Source: Eledone cirrhosa (taxonomy: Eukaryota). From it: 64,000 nucleotides of DNA. The stretch's first letter is position 1. Every line of letters begins with the position of its first letter. Location of the stretch: assembly GCA_964016885.1 (NCBI GenBank), contig OZ024747.1, positions 69,502,001-69,566,000 on the forward strand, read 5' to 3'. Under the pieces are notes generated by a model that made no database searches, was not told the origin of the DNA, and worked only from the letters and a program-made list of their open reading frames with translations. The position numbers and the translations under genes were made by a program. This document shows, piece after piece, positions 27,431 to 40,844 of the stretch.

Positions 27431-28225
27431 GACTGCCAGTGAATTTTACGGAGACGGTTGGTGGAGAGGGGACTAAGCTGAACGTGTAGGCTGAACATCT
27501 TGCTCAGTTTTATGATTCTTACAAGCTATTCCAAACAACAAAAGGGACATATTAACAACTAGATCAACTGGCTGTTATCAAAGATTCCGCAGAGACAAAA
27601 GCCGGGTGAAGGCCGGGCTGAAAGAGACCCTGAATCCAGCGGATATTATACCGACAATATCATTCAGATGAATCTTACACGTATAATGAAGCTGATTGTC
27701 GCAACACAAATGGAAAGGAACGCGTCATTAACTTCCATATTAACTCACACAACAGACCATATACCGAAGAGATTTGTTTTTAAATAACTGCTTCCCAAGT
27801 TAAGATTTTGTGCAAAGCAGCTTAAGCAGCTGTTTGCAGCTATTTTCTACCGTTGAAACATCAGAAAAAGAAGATATTATTGAGATTATTTCTTAAGTCT
27901 TTTGAAGAATATCTATATTTCGGACCATATGTCAGTCTATCTATCTATACTTCCGTCCGTCAGTTTATCCATCCATATCTTTCATCCTCCTTTTCTACAC
28001 ACACATACGAGTGTATGTATGTATATATATATATATGTATGTGTGTATGTCTATTTGTGCACACGGGTGTGAGTATTTGTGATTATATATATATATATTA
28101 TGTGTGTATGTCCAGTTATCTATATCTCCGTGTATTTATCAATTCATCTAATTATTTACTTAGCAATTCACTGATTAACCAGCTCCCTCCTTCCTTCCAT
28201 TTCCTCTCGCCTTCTCAATATATAT

Positions 28226-28326
<101 letters not shown>

Positions 28327-29289
28327 GGTATAATTCTGTCTACTACTATTCCACTAGATATTTCGCTACACCAGTCATTTTCACATACATGTATAATGTA
28401 AATCAAGCATTCACCAATATTATTATTTTCCTTCATAAAATGATTTCTGGCGTATCTATAAATTTTCAATTCAAAAGAAACGAGATTGCACGAAGTTCAA
28501 GCATTTTGCCCAAAACATTACAGATGTGAATGAAGTACGCCTGTTTAAAGCCGAGAACGAAACCGTGTTGCCGAATAGTCTCATTGCTCCCGTGTGGTCA
28601 ATTATTAAGTTATAACATAAGGACGACACTAAATATCTACAGATAAAGGTAAAATAGATTATACTAACTCCAGTTCTTGACTGGTATTTTACTAAGAATA
28701 AATGTCAAATGTGATCTCTGCAGGACTTGAACTTGACAACGTAAAGGGTTTTAATTAAATACCTCAAATACAGCGCTCTAAATAGTTTGCAAGTCCACAG
28801 TTCTTGTATAATTAACTACTCAAATAATTATCTTTGTCAGTAGAAAGACAACCACAAAAAGAGAGAAAAGACACAGAATATGGGATCCGATCCAGCTGCA
28901 GGTTACTTCACTGAGTGAAACAATACTAAACGCTAACCTTCGGATAGTAACAACTCGGCTCATAAGCAGTTTTTTGTCCGCAATAATATGAGTTTACATA
29001 CTATTAAAATTGATGAGGGATTTGAGTGTTGAAACCTGACTTAGAAATGTTTCTAAATTCAAGCCAACTACGACGAAACAAATATATGGAGAAATGAGGC
29101 ACCTAAAAAGGTTTGGGAAAATATATAGAGAAATATGGCACCTAAAGCAGTTTGGGAAATACACCAAAAGAAACAATATACATAAAAAAATGAATCCAGA
29201 GCTTAATTTAATTGTATGATGGATTCACTGGCTGTAAATTCGTTTTAAATCCCATCGATATAACTATTTTTTAATAAAGAATAAATAAT

Positions 29290-29469
29290 TGTTTCTACTT
29301 TTAGCACAAGGCCAATAATTATCCCAGTGTATTACTGGTACTTTATTTAATCGACCCCGTAAGGATGAAAGGTAAAGTTAACCTCGGTGGGATTTGAACT
29401 CAGAATGGCAAGGGCCGTAACACTATGCTTGGCGTCCGACCCTCTACCGATACTGCCAATCCACTGCCC
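29290..29469 (-). mobile_element. SINE S1 with an 18-bp target-site duplication
   Basis: TAATAAAGAATAAATAAT at 29272-29289 and 29470-29487. Confidence 0.92.
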
Positions 29470-32400
29470 TAATAAAGAATAAATAATAACAATTTACTAG
29501 TCTTTATTTTAATCAGACAGAATGAAGGGAGGAGTAAGTAGTGCAAACGTTATGGTTGATTTCATTTTATAGTTAGCAGCTGATGCTGCAAGATGTCATG
29601 ATTGAATAGTCGTACAAATATTGCTGCAGCCGCTGCTACAATTATTACATCTTTGTCAAATTTCCTATTTCAGTGATTATTCCTGAGAGGAGCCAGTCTT
29701 CATGTGCAGGTACATGTAGTGCATATGATAATGTATATAGCATATGCTTAAATTCTAACTAAAATTAGTTCTTCTGTACATACATACAAAGACAATTATC
29801 AATTCTACGTAACAACTAATAATTGAACCCTTAAGTAGTCATCGAATGGAAATTAAAGTGGGCAAATTTTGCAAACCACTGAACGCTTCTTTTATCTATA
29901 AGAGCAAACTGGCTTTAAATTATTCAACTTTACAACAAGGCTGCCAATCGTCCTGAGAAGTGTTTTTCTTCTTTCTATTACGATGTGACTTAGAGCTTTC
30001 TTTGAATCCTTTCGTCTCTATACTCTTTCTGGTTATATGTCTGCTTTACTGGATGAAAAGTGCAGCAGTTAGCGTTAGACTTACCCACTAATTAAGGGAT
30101 TTACATATTACATAATATAGTTGAGTTATCGAGATGACACGTTCATAATGGCCTCTACTTTGTTACCTCCGCTTTCTGTGTTCACCTATCGGTGCAAGAT
30201 AATAAAATTAAGATTTACTTTGAATACCAAGCAACAGAAATAAATGTCTGGGCGAATCTCAGAGATATTATTCAATTGAATTCAAGGGTCGCCCTCTTCA
30301 ATATCGCGATCGTATTAAGAAAATGATGCAATATAAAGAAGTTAAGTAAATCAGTTTTTACAAATTCTACAGTTAGTCCCACAAGGAAGTAGTTAAACCT
30401 CGTTCCTCTAATATGTGTATGACTTCGTTGAAATTGGAATCAATATGGACACGTGGGATTATTATTGGATCATCAGTTCATAGCTCAAACATTCGTATTA
30501 AATGTAAATGTTCAGTCATTGTTTAGCACCTGGTCATTCCGTTCCGTTTTACATCGCCGAGTTATACTATTTTTGCTGTTATGTGATATACTAAGAAGCC
30601 AATAGTCTAATGCCACCAGCTTAGAAATTAATTCTGCACTGTTTGACTTCTTCCATTTCGATTCTTGAAGTTTTCAGTGATATGAATTTATAACAAAATT
30701 TCTACCAGGAAAATATATGTATAGTATGGTTCTAGAATGTATTAATAAAGTTCGATCGTCGCAGTTCGCATATACGTATTATAATAGCCACTTTTGATTG
30801 AATATTAAAAAGTGAATAAATTGACACATGAAGCAGGGGAAAATAACTATTATATGTTCTATATATTATTGTTCATAATGCAACCTAATAGCAATCACTA
30901 TACACTCGTATCATGCGAGAGGCAATACTCATTTACTAGAATAAATTATGCATTAGCCATGAATAAAACTAATTTGGGGAATAAACCATGTACTTAAACG
31001 TAGGTATTTTAATAATTCTGTTTTCCTATTATCAATATAATCATGCCTATTTTTTAAAAATAAATATTACTCTTTATAGCTTTTATTGTAAAAGCACCGA
31101 AGTGCTATTTTAACCAGCCTGCAAATTATAGATCAGGCATTTTTGTTAAGACTACCCTTCAATAAACTAAGGAATTTTAAGTAGAGTGTCTTTCATTATT
31201 TCGGTCGTTTAAAATATTTCTGTTTGATTTTTGTTTGATTAGGGAGGCAGTATCGTACATAAACTCAATAAAAAAAAAGTCAAATACCTTCATAGATATG
31301 TTTTCCAGACTTTTCACTCTCTCTCTCGTCTCCAAAGTATTATTTTTTTCTCTTTCCGAGTGTCTGGTTTATTGAAATCGTTAGTCTACGTTGTATATTA
31401 AAGCTTAAGTTTATAATATACATTTATGATTCTCCGTTTTTCTCTCCTTATCTCATTACATTGGCATTTTTATTTTTGTAAGCAGTCCGACAACACATTA
31501 TCGTATTTTTATTATTGATTCCCAACCATTGTGGTAGAACCTTGTAATTTTTCACTGATTAAGTCTTTGTAGTATTTTTATAACTTTTATCCTAGACAGT
31601 AATCTTGGTTTATTGAGAAAAAGTAAAATCGTTTACAGCAGTTTTGTTTCATATCTATCTATTTATATAAGAAATAACTCTATGACATGAACTTTCCGAG
31701 AGAAAAGTTGAAGCTTCCTCGAGATTGTGTTCATTAAATTTACTATTCCATTCTGAGAAATGAACTGATGTATCTCATTGTGAATGACCATTTAAAAAAA
31801 ATATATCTATCTTTCTCGAAAAGTGTCTACTTTTACATTTGTACCATTGTAGCAAAAATCAAAGACAAGTACTCGGTTTAAATAAATATTCAGTAATCTT
31901 TCAATTTACTCCATAGGCTCAAGTAACTAGGTTGTTAGATATTAGCCAGGATCTTAAACATAAAAATACAGTTACTAGTTTACTGTTCTATATCTGGTAA
32001 AGAAATTGAAATACCGTTCGAAATTTGTCCCTTAACCATATTTTACTTTACAAAATATAGGTTTCATCAGTTCGCTGCTTAACGGAAATTTTGTTTGATT
32101 CCAATTTCAGTTCCTGTTATTAAGTAGGCCTATGAATCGAGATAAAACCTCTTTGGTTACAGTTATGGCTCCATGGCTAAGAAGTTGGTTTTGCAAATAC
32201 ATGGGTTCGATCTCATTCTGTAGAATGTTGGGGGAAACGTCTTCCTCCATAATAACGGGTTGACTAAAACCTTATGAAATTCATGAGTTGTTCTGCAACC
32301 TCATAGGCCTCTACTGATTACACAGACGCAAGATCAAAGACGTTAGTATCATGAACATTCCGACCTTTTGTATAACTACGAACACATTGTCTGATGTGTC

Positions 32401-32567
32401 TTTTCTTTTTTTAAGGTGGCAGGGTGTGAGTTGACAGACATTTGGCTTTTCGTTCTCTGTAGCATGGTCAAACGAACGTAAACAGATTGCCAGTCTGGTA
32501 CGTGAAATTGGGCAGTCCTCTTTTTCATCTTGTCTTCAGAAATAGCGTATCTTAGTTTATATTATTA

Positions 32568-32702
32568 CGCCCTTTTACAGTCTGAGTTCAAATCCCGCCG
32601 AGGTTAACTTTGCCTTTAATCCTTATGGGGTCGATAAAATAAAGTTCCAGTAATGCACTGGGATAATTGCTGGCCTTGTGCCAAAAGTATAAACAATTAT
32701 TA
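32568..32702 (+). mobile_element. SINE S1, 5'-truncated
   Basis: GAGTTCAAATCCCGCCGAGGTTAACTTTGCC..GGGGTCGATAAAATAAAG..GGCCTTGTGCCAAAAGT. Confidence 0.85.
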
Positions 32703-33055
32703 AAAACGTCTTTCCTACTTTCTCTTTTATAACGGTGTGGCTGTGTTATTTGAGAAATATTTGACTACTTTTTCTAGCAAGTCGAATGATTGCAAAGAGA
32801 CTCACTTATTGTTTCGGTATTATTGTTATTATTATTATTGGCGACCTACGTAGTAAATCGTATCATCGTGAGCTCCGCAAAGGTTTGTTATTTTCAGTTG
32901 TTTAAAATTGCCATTTATGGAAAATTGTTATTGTTAACTATATATAAGTGCACATACATTGATTTCTGAAAAGGACACTCCAAAATATTGGGGCCTTGAG
33001 CCCAAAATTTAAACTTTTTATAATTATCAAACAAAACAAACTTCTTTGAAAAATC

Positions 33056-34481
33056 ATGGACGACTCAGAGTCACTCCTTCCTCACACACTAACACCTCAC
33101 ACCGACACCACTATTGTAAATATTACTACGTTTGCCAACACTAAAAATATAAGCAGTAGCAATATTTTAAATTTGTCTCAGCCAGACATTCATTTCCCGC
33201 CATTACCAATGACTGCAGGTGTTAAAGCCACCACCACCACCCCCACAGCGACAACAGAACCAAAAGAAAAAAATAAATTAACTCGTGATATCGAAAGGAA
33301 TTCAACCAAAATGAACTCTTCCACACCGAACACCACTGACGCCACCACCACCACAACTGAAACTAAAATTAACAATAACAAAAATAACGAGAACAACAAC
33401 AGCAACAATGAAATTAAGAAAACTACCCTGAGTTTTGCCAGAGTAGCAAAAACGTGCGAAGCGATCCGGGTAACTCAGGAGGAATTAGAAGAAGCCAAAA
33501 GAATGGTAAAGAAAGATGGGTACAGGGTCAACCTCCCCCCCCCCCCACACACGTAATAAAATGGAGCATCGTCACCTATGCACCGTGTCTTATCGGACAA
33601 TTAACATAAAATCGCGCCAAGTGGAACGGGCATCCGAGTCTCAAATCCAAAATGCTTTGGGACATGTGTGGGCAAAAAAAACACACATCAGACGTGGGCA
33701 GAAATATGGAACCGTGGACGTGTTCTTTGAAACACCACAGGAGGCCAGAGAACACTCCATGGCCCCATTAAGAAGTGACGACTTCACACTCGTCCCAAGC
33801 TATTGTGGCCAGAGACTTGTGAAGATCAGGGTGACCCACGTTCCACCAGCCATCGAAATTCCCTGGCTAATGGCTGCCGTCCTCGCCGGCATCGAGGCCA
33901 ACACCACGATAATCGAAATAGCGAAAGAAAAGCAGGAGAACTGGTCCGGATCTGGGATGGAGCTCCTGATCCAAGCGGACCATAAAAGCATTGAGGAGAT
34001 CCCAGAAGTAATAGACCTCACTGACGGTAGCCACCTCACCGTAATCGTCGAGGGCAGAAGGCCTAGGTGTGTCGTTTGTGGTGAAGGAACCCACCAAAGG
34101 GCTTTCTGCCCTCAGGCTAAAAGGTTGAGGCCACCTCTCTTACCCACCCCAGTGACTCAACCATCAACACCACCAGCATCAGAAATGGCAGCAACAACTG
34201 TAGCAGCAACAACAGAAGCAACTGTAACAGCAACAACCCCAGCAACAGTAGCAAAACCAACACCACCACCACCCAACGCGCCAGAACTGGCACCAGCGCC
34301 TACACCATCCACCACGCCACAACCAAAACCAACGCCTGTGGAGGATTTTCCACTCCCCGTCTTATCGCAACTGGAGACAGATTGTGACGACGAGGAGTGG
34401 GAAACGGTATCAGTAAAAAAGGAAAAAAGAAACCAAAAAAGAAAAAATTCTCTTCCTTCCTCCTCCAAAAACAAAATATAG
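33056..34481 (+). pseudogene. Tx1-like ORF1 (gag-like), frameshift in the poly-C run at about 33535-33546
   Basis: ORFs 33056-33556 and 33516-34481 join at a C homopolymer. Features include SFARV, an RRM-like segment, the zinc knuckle CVVCGEGTHQRAFC, a Pro/Thr-rich tail and EEWETV..KKEKR. Confidence 0.82.
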
Positions 34482-35036
34482 AGGGAAACAAATAAATTAT
34501 CAAACAAAAAAGTTAGGACAGATATGCCACCATCCACACCAGCATCACCAACCCCATCACCACAAACACCATCACCAACCCCATCACCACAAACACCATC
34601 ACCATCATTAACCCCAACACCACCATCACCAACACCACAAAAGTCACCAAAAAGCGTAACAGAAACAAACCCACAACAAACGCAAACAAAACAAAACAAC
34701 CAAAACGATACACACTACACAGCATTAAATTTGAACAACCAATTATTACACTACATGCAACACAACACCAGCATCACAGAAAAAGACTACACAACAACCC
34801 AAAAGTTCACACCACCTCCACACATATAAATCACTCGCATCACACAGAAAACGTACAAGACACTAAAACAAAAATTCCCCAAAGATATCGGAGACTTCCG
34901 ACAAACACTCTCCAGGAGGATTTATAAGGACATCCTACCGGAGGAGGCCACAAGCAGTGAAAAGGATGGACTACCATCCTTCCTCTACGAGAAGTAAGGT
35001 AAGTGGTCTTTCCCATCTTTTCCACTCCATTTCAAC

Positions 35037-38000
35037 ATGACCTCACTCAGAATAGGCAGCATAAATGCGCGTGGCTTGGGGTCGTCATGGAAGCAGAGCC
35101 ACCTACTCAACGACATCAGGTCACTAAACATAGATGTAGTGGCCATCAGCGAGACCAGAATCTCCGAAGCACGGGCCTTCGCACCGATCTTCGGCGGCTA
35201 CGATGTGTACGCATCTCCCATTCGTCCGGGATCGGGGGGAGGAGTTGCTGTGCTTTTTCGGAGAGGTTTGGATCTCGCCATACGGGCCATCTTCCTGGAC
35301 CCAGAAGGTAAGTTGGTAGTGCTAGACGTGACCAGCGGAAACGGGCAAGCTTTCAGGCTAGTGGCCGTCTATGCCCCGACAGGAGCAGGGCGGCCTGATT
35401 TCTTCCGGCGTCTGGAGACCTTTCTTGGAACGTCCCGCTCTTTAGTGTTAGTGGGCGACTGGAACGGGATCTTAGATGCACGCTGGGACTGTGTGGGATT
35501 AGCGGATATGGGAGGAGGGTGCAAGAGCCTCACCAACCTGCTCAGGCGTTTTGAACTGTCTGACAGGTACCGATTGGATTTCCCGAATGTGCCAATGTGG
35601 ACTTGGACAAATCGCATAGGGTCATCCAGATCATATCTAGATAAAGTATTTTGTAGGGAAATAGATAGGTCTAGCATAGGCTGTCCACAATTCAAGATAC
35701 TCAGCTACACGGACCACAAATTCGTGATCTGTGTGCTTGACTTAGATAGGCTTCATAGATGAGGACCCGGCTACTGGAAGCTAAACGCGTCCTTACCAGC
35801 GCGCAAGGCCTACAGAGACCGGATTAGCGAACGAGTTAAGCAGGCGTTGACGGGGGCCATCGTCAACAACAAGTGGTGGTTTGCTCTGAAAAGAGCAATT
35901 AGAATAGAGTCCATTAGGTTTAGTAAGGCTTTAGCAATAGAGAAAAATAGAGCAGAGGGAGAATTAGTTTGAAAATTAGACGAGGCGCTTAGCAAAGGCA
36001 TCGCGACCGACGTACTTGCGGCGAAATTGGCCTTTGACCAATTCTTCAATGCAAAGCACGAAGGCTGCGTTGTCAGAGCTAGGGTGCGTGCTCTCAGACA
36101 CGAGGGGACGAAAGCCGTTCAATGGGCCCGAGTGGCGGAGGCGCATCGTGGCAACAAAGCCACGATCCGGTCTTTGGTGGACCTCGACGGGCGTATGCTA
36201 CTCGAGCCCGGGCAAATGTGTGAAGCTTTTCAGCGACACTTCGCTCAGCTGATCGGGGGCAGCGGCGGACCGGATCGAGGGATGGACTTTAGTGTCTACC
36301 TCGACGGACTTCCGCGGCTCTCGGCCACTGAGGCGGAGTGTTGCGAAAAGCCGATAACAGCCGCTGAAGTACGGGAGGCAATGACTGGCTGCACAAGGGG
36401 TAAATCGCCTGGTTTGGATGGTCTACCCTATGAACTTTACGTACAGATGCCAGACTTGTTCGGAGGCCTCTTGGAGGACGTCTACTCCAACTGGCAACAG
36501 AACGGGAGAATTCCCAGCTCTGTGAGCTGAGGAGCTGTGGCGCTGCTGAGTAAGGATCTGAACAAGGGGGATAACATAGATAATTTTAGGCCAATAACTC
36601 TGCTACACACAGAGTTCAAGATTTTGGCCAAAGTGCTAGCAAAGAGGTTGTCGCTTGTCGTTGGTGGTCTCGTGGGAGAGGCGCAGACATGCGCCATTCC
36701 CGACAGATCCATCCAGGACAACCTCCACCACATGCGATACATCGTAGAGAGGGTAGCTAGGGAACCTGGCACGGGTGGGTCCTTGATCAATTTAGATCAG
36801 TCGAAAGCTTTCAATAGAGTCGACCATCGTTACCTAGCGGCAGTCCTGAGGGCGGCTGGCTTTGGGCCCGTCTTCAGAGGCTGGATCGCTGCCATGCACA
36901 GCGACATTTGCTCTGTGGTGAAAGTGAACGGTCACCTTTCGGAACCGTTCAACATCATGCGCTCGGTCCGCCAAGGATGTCCCCTCTCGTCCCTCTTGTA
37001 CGTATTGACTCTCGAGCCATTACTGCACAAACTGGAGACGTTGAGGGGGGTCCCGCGTGAACTAGGATGCGGAAGATCCGTGTCAGCATATGTGGACGAT
37101 GTCACCGTAGTGGTGTCGAACGCCAAACACATCGAGGCGATCGGCACTACACTAAGAGAATACGAAGCGGTGACAGGAGCAATGATCAACCAGGAAAAGT
37201 CAGTGGGGCTGCAGCTCGGCACCTGGAGAGGCAGGTCCATGCCGTCCAACAGCGTCGTCGGGCGCTGGACGGACGGACCGGTTAAATTTCTTGGGGTCTG
37301 GTTCGGTCTGGATCTCCAGACGGACAAAAACTGGGACGAAGTGACGAGCAGGGTGGCCTCTCTCACCCAGAAATGGGCCGAGAGGAAGCTATCCCTGAAA
37401 GGTCGAACGGAGGTGGCTAACGCGTATATCACGTGCATCATCTACTACCGCCTGACCGTCGTACCTTGTCCTAAGCTCCTCCTGACTGCACTGGAGCGTT
37501 TTCTCTTTCGCTTTTTGTGGAAGGGACGCGCTCCGATGGTCAGGCGGTCCATCTGCTGTCAACACCCGCTACGTGGAGGGCTGGGAATGCCTTGGATGAT
37601 GATGCGCAGACACGCGCTCAGGCTACGACATCTCCACCTCTTCCTCGACGGTGATCAGATGTGGTCGCCGTTTGCTAGACGCGTCTTTCCCCAGCTCGTC
37701 TCCTTGACGGAGCTGCAGTCCTGGGTCAAGCGAAGACCGAGAGGGAGCGCTTGGAGACTGGAATGTCTTCAGGCACTCACAGCCCTCGACCAATCGGGCA
37801 ATGTGATCGGTGGAAACTCCACCTTGGCGTTCTATAGAGGATTAGTGGAGGGGAGGAGCGACGACGTACTTGGGGAAACTCTAGGCGTCGACGAAAATCA
37901 ACTAGCCAATCTCTTCGGAAGAACTTTCGGGCCGGGGCCTATGGACAACTTCCAGAAATCCCTGGCCTGGCAGTGCTACCGAGGAGCTTTGCAGGTTCGG

Positions 38001-38422
38001 GATAAACTCTACAGGCATGGAGGTGCCGTCAGCCGGGCATGTCCGAGATGCGCGAAGGGCGACGAACCGTCTTGCACGCACTCGTCCAGTGTCCGAGCAT
38101 TGCTGACTTGTGGGTTTATGTCGAACCCCTGCTGTCGCGTGTAGGACGGATCCAGATATCAGCTGAGTCCATCGTGAGGATTGCCCCGCCCCCTTCCTTT
38201 AGCCAGGAAGGGCAGGCAGTTTTTATCTGTCTGGTGGCCATGGCGAAAGAGATAGTATCGTGGACACGTTTGAAAGGGCTGAAGACGAGCACTTACCTCT
38301 TCGGTGATGCCCTGATTAACTTTTTCAAATTTCATTTGAAAAGGAAAATCAGGGTAGAAAGGGAAGTGCTCTCTTCCCAGCATTTTATTGAAAGATGGGT
38401 GAGAGAGGCAAGAATGGCCTGA
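35037..38422 (+). pseudogene. Tx1-like ORF2 (APE endonuclease plus RT plus C-terminal zinc finger); three in-frame TGA and one late frameshift
   Basis: SINARGL, SETR, GGGVAVL, VYAP, GDWN, YLDK, TDH, GYWKLN, KSPGLDG, NFRPITLL, DQSKAF, VRQGCPLS, YVDD, GGLG, CPRC..HALVQC. Stops at 35760, 35970 and 36528; frameshift near 38065. Confidence 0.95.
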
Positions 38423-38727
38423 GTGAATGGGCCTACTCTGAGTATGTGTCTGTAAATTAAAGGTGGAAAACTGGGAGAGGGCACTTGCGCTGGTGGTCAG
38501 GGTCACTGTGGCTTTTTAATGGGCTTTCTCCACGAATGTCCCTCGGAAGTCTCCCCCCTATTGGGGAATTTTTTTTATTGTTCTATTATTACATCCTCTG
38601 TTTCTTGTTTTTTACACGCAGAAATGACACATTTGTACCGTCCTGTATTGTCCTGTACTGTGCTTAATGTCTACTTTATGTAAACACTTGTGGTTAATAA
38701 AGAAAGCATTATTATTATTATTATTAC

Positions 38728-39979
38728 AGTTGCATTTATCTTGCTTTATGTTCATACGAGTTATCACCAAGTCACAACCAGTGACCTCAAGAGACAACAA
38801 GGTCCGCCATGTTCAAGAAAGAACATACATACTCACACATGCATCTTTAGTGTTTAGACTTGTGATGTTCTTATATTGACATAATCTTCCTTAGTATATG
38901 GGCAGTTCCCATTAGTACTATCTTTTGTATTTCTCCTATACGCGGGTTTCCTGGGATCTGCGATAAATAATCATTAGACCCCTTAGGTATCATTCCCAGA
39001 GCGCCTACAACCACTGGTATTGTTTTAGTTCTCAATTTCCACATTTTTCCAATTTCTATCTCCAGGTCCTTATACTTGCTCAATTTTTCAAATGTTTTTA
39101 TAGATACATTCTTGTCTATTGGAACAGACATATCAATTATCAGGCATACCCTCTTTTTAAAGTCCTTCAATATTATATCAGGTCTATTTGCTTCTATTTT
39201 TCGGTCTGTTTGGATGCTAAAGTTCCACAAGATTGAGATGTGATCTTTTTCAAGTATGGGAGGTGGTTGATGCTCCCACCAATTCTTTTGATGGGGCAGG
39301 TCAAAATGCTTACACATTATCCAATGTATGTATTGTGCAGCTCTGTCATGCCTGTTTAGGTATTCGGTTGGAGCTATAGGACTGCACATTGAAATTATAT
39401 GGTCAATGGTCTCTGGTTGTTTTTTGCATACACGGCATAATGGGCTGCATCCATTTTTTATTATGTTGGCTTGGTAATTTTTTGTTGGCAGACACTGATC
39501 TTGTGCTGATATAATCAGTCCTTCAGTCTCCAATTTCAGTCCAGAGGATGCCAACCACTGATGGGTTAAAGTTTTGTCAACATCAGGATTGTTAGCTCGC
39601 TCTGGGTATTTTCCATACAGAGGCTTTTCTTGCCATTTCTTAGCCAGTTTCTGTAGCAGTTCTTTCTTTGCAGTTACTTTTACCTGCTTTGCTTTTTCTG
39701 TGTTTTCCATTTCAGCAGTAAATGGGACTTCTGAAATTTGTAGTCCATTACTGTATCTTTGTGCATCTTTTGTAATGGAATATGATCTTTTGATGCTTTC
39801 GTGTTTCAAAACGAGTTTGATCATCCAATCATGTGATTCCCTTAGATATGTAGATAATCCAATTGTTGCAGTTTTCAACGCAATGTCTAAATGGATTAAC
39901 CCACGTCCTCCTTCTTCCCTAGGGAGATATATTCTATCTATATCTGCCTTAGGGTGATGCATTCTGTGCATGGTTAAGA
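38728..39979 (-). mobile_element. R4/Dong-like RLE non-LTR retrotransposon, 5'-truncated
   Basis: ORF 39971-38871 plus a short 3' UTR; (TAA)n on both sides in element orientation, matching the known Dong target. Confidence 0.9.
38871..39971 (-). CDS. Open C-terminal fragment of a Dong/R4-like protein (CCHC plus restriction-like endonuclease); RT missing
   Basis: RIYLPREEGGRGL, AQDQ, CRVC..ETIDHIISMC, RHD, NRPDI..IIDMSVP, EKLSKY, PVVVGALG. Confidence 0.85.
   Translation of the reverse strand: MHRMHHPKADIDRIYLPREEGGRGLIHLDIALKTATIGLSTYLRESHDWMIKLVLKHESIKRSYSITKDAQRYSNGLQISEVPFTAEMENTEKAKQVKVTAKKELLQKLAKKWQEKPLYGKYPERANNPDVDKTLTHQWLASSGLKLETEGLIISAQDQCLPTKNYQANIIKNGCSPLCRVCKKQPETIDHIISMCSPIAPTEYLNRHDRAAQYIHWIMCKHFDLPHQKNWWEHQPPPILEKDHISILWNFSIQTDRKIEANRPDIILKDFKKRVCLIIDMSVPIDKNVSIKTFEKLSKYKDLEIEIGKMWKLRTKTIPVVVGALGMIPKGSNDYLSQIPGNPRIGEIQKIVLMGTAHILRKIMSI

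Positions 39980-40035
<56 letters not shown>
39980..40035. repeat. (ATT)n microsatellite
   Basis: Read directly. Confidence 0.98.
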
Positions 40036-40812
40036 CATGGCAGTGCTACCGGGGGGCACTGCCGGTTCGGGATAAACTCTACAGGCACTGAAGTGCTGTC
40101 AGACGGACCTGCCCAAGATGCGCACAGAACGACGAAACCGTTCTGCACGCACTTGTCCAATGTCCGTGCATTACTGACTTGTGGAGTTATGTCGAACAGC
40201 TACTGTCGCGTGTGGAACGAATTCGGCTATCGGCCGAGTCCATAGTGAAGATCGACCCGTCGCCGCCTTCCTTAGGTCAGGAAGAGCAGGAAATTTTCCT
40301 CTGTCTGGTAGCAGTTGCGAAAGAGGTTATATGGTGGACCAGATTAAAAGGACTGAAGACAGACACTTTTCTTTTCGGCCAATCCCTCATCAACTTCTTC
40401 AAGTTTCACCTGGAAAGGAAGTTGAGGGTGGAGAGAGAAGTGCTGCCCCCCTCCCCCACCCCAGTACATTTGCTGAAAGGTGGATGAATGTGGCGAGAAT
40501 GGCCCGTGTGAATGGGCCTACTCTGACCATGCGCCTATAGGCTAGCTAACTTGAGGAGAGGGTGCTCTCCCTGGGTTCCCTAGAAGCGCAGGGTGGATTT
40601 GTGGGGTACCTGAGTCACCCCTGGGTTATCCACCCCCTATCGGGGAATTTATTTTTTTGTTATATATATGCATAGTTTATTTTATATTTGTATATCTTCA
40701 TTGTTAAATTAGTCTTGCCATTGTGTACTTTTACTCGACCTTATTGTAAAGCCCCACTGTCCCTGTCTTTGTATTGTCCCCTACATGTCGGCCCCTGTGG
40801 CTAATAAATGAA

Positions 40813-40815
<3 letters not shown>
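40036..40815 (+). mobile_element. 3' fragment of a second, diverged Tx1-like copy
   Basis: Homologous to 37968-38707 (WQCYRGAL.VRDKLYRH, HALVQC, SAESIV, LINFFKFHL); (ATT)n on both sides. Confidence 0.9.

Positions 40816-40844
<29 letters not shown>

Larger units (their letters stand above)
32840..38707 (+). mobile_element. Near full-length Tx1-like (L1 clade) LINE flanked by (TTA)n
   Basis: 5' UTR, CCHC ORF1, APE-RT-zinc finger ORF2, and a 3' UTR with AATAAA. (TTA)n lies at 32820-32839 and 38708-38727. Confidence 0.92.

Noticed and set aside
27601-27625. GCCGGGTGAAGGCCGGGC resembling a Helitron 3' hairpin
   Set aside because: No CTAG terminus follows and no matching 5' end was found.
35760-36530. 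Selenocysteine or readthrough recoding of the three in-frame TGA codons
   Set aside because: The positions do not look like Cys sites, CpG decay is simpler, and the copy also has frameshifts.
33190-37441. Antisense ORFs over the Tx1-like element
   Set aside because: Shadows of the sense ORFs and of low-complexity codon usage.
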